Shown in pieces: positions 61,701-64,000 of a DNA stretch of 64,000 nt. Position numbers and translations under genes: made by a program. Source of the stretch: Tubiluchus corallicola (lineage: Eukaryota > Animalia > Priapulida); contig JAQGDQ010000135.1 of NCBI GenBank assembly GCA_030141605.1, positions 248,001 to 312,000 on the forward strand, read 5' to 3'. Under the pieces are notes generated by a model. The model worked only from the letters and a program-made list of their open reading frames with translations. It was not told the DNA's origin and ran no database searches. Within the stretch, counting starts at the first letter, position 1; every line of letters starts with the position of its first letter.

Positions 61701-63749
61701 CATAATTATAAACCTGAAAAAATTTTATATTTAAATTCATTCAGTACAGTCCTCTAGGGTTCCTTGGTTCTTAGGCAAATAAAGTTCAAATTTCGCAAAT
61801 GATTTCAATACAGATTAGTCCAAATGCAGTCGCTTGTCTCACCTTGAAAATGCCCGATGAACCTCCAGCTAGGCAGCACTCCTTCTGCGGCCCATGGTCA
61901 GATATAAACAACACGAGAGTGTTTTCTGCGAGCTTGAGTTCATTCAGTGTTCTGATGATCTCACCAATTGCCCACTGCATTTCTTGAACATTGTCACCAT
62001 ACTTTCCTAATTAAAAATAACGACAAAAAGATTTTTTCTATAACACGTTTGTCAGACTTTCTAGTCATCTAATACACTTCCGAAATATAAACGAATCATT
62101 TCAAAAGAATGACAATTTGCACAAGACTTAAAAGTTCATAGGTCAATACAATAAAGAAACATCTACCGATCTTGCAATTTTTCTGTTTCTTACACAAGAT
62201 TTAGACTTACCATTCAAAGAACTTCCTCTAAACCGAGGCATCACAGTAAGCTCAGTGTGCGTATGTGCCAGCGGAAAATAAAGAAAAAATGGCCCATTTT
62301 GACTCTTCTCAATGAACTCCTTGGCATCATCCACAAACCTGTCAGTCAGATTGTCAAAGTTTATTGGCTGCTGAATTATGGTGTCTCCTCGATATATAAA
62401 ACACATCAGAGGGTCAGGTTCTTCTACATAAACCTAAAAATTATCAAAAGTTTATGAAGTTCGGTATAAGAATTTTCTGACAAACCTCTCTATACTTTGG
62501 GACACCAGAAAAAGTTAGCATTACAGCGAGTTTGACATTATAACGAGTTGCATTAAAAATTACGTCTATGCAAATATAGTCATTTTGTTTTGCCAAAAAA
62601 TTGGGCGTTAAGCAAGGGGTTGGCATTATAAGGGGGGGAGGGGGCTATAACGAGATGTATGACTGTATATTCATAATGAAAATTGCAATTAATCTACTAT
62701 AATTAAAAGAGATGAAACACACACGGTAATTGATGTGATATATCAAAGGTCTTTTTTTCATGCTGTACAGTTAAGATCTTTCTTTCTTCATAACTGACCA
62801 AAGAATTTTCCCCAGTACCTAAATACTAATCAAAATACCCAGTTTCATGGGCTTTCGTAAGCAAGCTTAACTGTGAAACGCCTCCTCTTGGTCGAAAAGA
62901 AAAATCATTAGCCGTAAAACTGTTGCTAAAGACGGTTTATTGTGGCTGTGATGTCGAGTTTGCTATGAGGACCAATGTTTATCAGATGGGCACAGACTTA
63001 TACTACACTGTAGTTAGTTTGTTTATTGACATTAATAACACATGGCAAATATACTGTAAAATTAACAATCTTACAAGAAATGACCATTTTGTATGCTATA
63101 GAGTTAGAACGCATAACAAGCCAAATTTTATCTACTTTATCATTTAAAAAAATTCAAAACTTTGCAATGAAAAGTAATTTGTTGAGTCTATTAAATCAAA
63201 CATATTATTAAAGGATTGGTTTCTAAAATGTTTAGTAAGTTGACAATCTAACAATACATGTTCCTTATCTTGCATATCTCTGCCACATAAATAAAGCCTT
63301 TGATAATATGGAATTCTACTCCATCTATCAGTTTCCACTTTTAAAAGATGGGATGCCAATCTCATACATGAAGCTGCTATTCTGCAACATTCTAACAAGC
63401 AAAGATTTATAGTAGATAAAGTGTCGACAGACAATTAAAGATTAATCTTCCTGAGATAGTATTGCCTACGCTTTTGGTCTGACGCTTTTATTGTACATGT
63501 AAGTTCCATTTTTTCTTCCTTACAAAGTTAATATTTTATTATTCCATTAATACGTTGTTCTGGCCGCTTTTGAAAAAACAATATGACCTTACACAGCAGC
63601 TGCTAAATAAGGTTAAGTGCAAAGTAGAAAAACTACCCCATGTTGATCACAACTCCAAAAGTTTGTGAATGGTAATATTGTACCAACAAAATCAAATCCA
63701 TGTTTTGATGGTAAGAAAGTACCGTCTGTCGAATTATACTTGTTGATAC
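58746..63749 (-). CDS. ARS: Arylsulfatase (sea-urchin Ars / ARSA-like), 3' portion; 5' exons lie beyond the window
   Basis: Exons 63749-63637 ([23 protein letters not shown]), 62433-62211 ([12 protein letters not shown]), 62006-61843 (YGDNVQEM...FISDHGP), 60817-60646 ([14 protein letters not shown]...MDIFPTL), 59203-58746 ([11 protein letters not shown]...[12 protein letters not shown]...DPGE...[13 protein letters not shown]). Phases are consistent. Confidence 0.92.
63144..63530 (-). mobile_element. Decayed LINE 3' end in an arylsulfatase intron
   Basis: [37 protein letters not shown], a typical ORF2 C-terminus. Confidence 0.75.
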
Positions 63750-64000
63750 CTGCAATAAGTAATCATTAAAGCAAGGCAAAGCATAATGGTATTAACTTTT
63801 GTTTTGTGGACGTGAATAAACAGTTAGGCCTATTAAACGATACATTCTAATAAACTTAAGTTGTGCTTACTTAACAAGCCACATAGTGAATGAAAATTTA
63901 AGACAAGGGCTTATTTTGCATTTTGGTATTTGCACTGTATTGGGAATGGGGCCGGCCACAAAAAATTTGTTTCCGTCTTCCCTCATGAGCTCAAAAGATG

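Overview
AT-rich, intron-containing animal (invertebrate) genomic DNA; the arylsulfatase resembles sea-urchin Ars as I recall it, which points to a deuterostome invertebrate. All recognisable genes lie head-to-tail on the minus strand: (1) a tandem array of four paralogous 4-exon genes for secreted two-domain Kazal-type protease inhibitors (three intact, one pseudogene; 4.2-25.6 kb); (2) a type II membrane M1 zinc aminopeptidase (aminopeptidase N-like, 19 coding exons per isoform, 993 aa; 28.1-47.0 kb); (3) the last five exons of an arylsulfatase (58.7-63.7 kb). Exons were assembled by hand from GT/AG sites, phase continuity and protein motifs. Introns and intergenic DNA carry decayed LINEs, hAT elements with 8-bp TSDs, several MITE-like hairpins and many microsatellites. 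The main finding is that the aminopeptidase has two intact, tandem, 144-nt paralogous versions of the exon carrying the catalytic Tyr (19/48 aa identical), which look like mutually exclusive exons, and the same enzyme has a non-canonical EAMEN in place of GAMEN.
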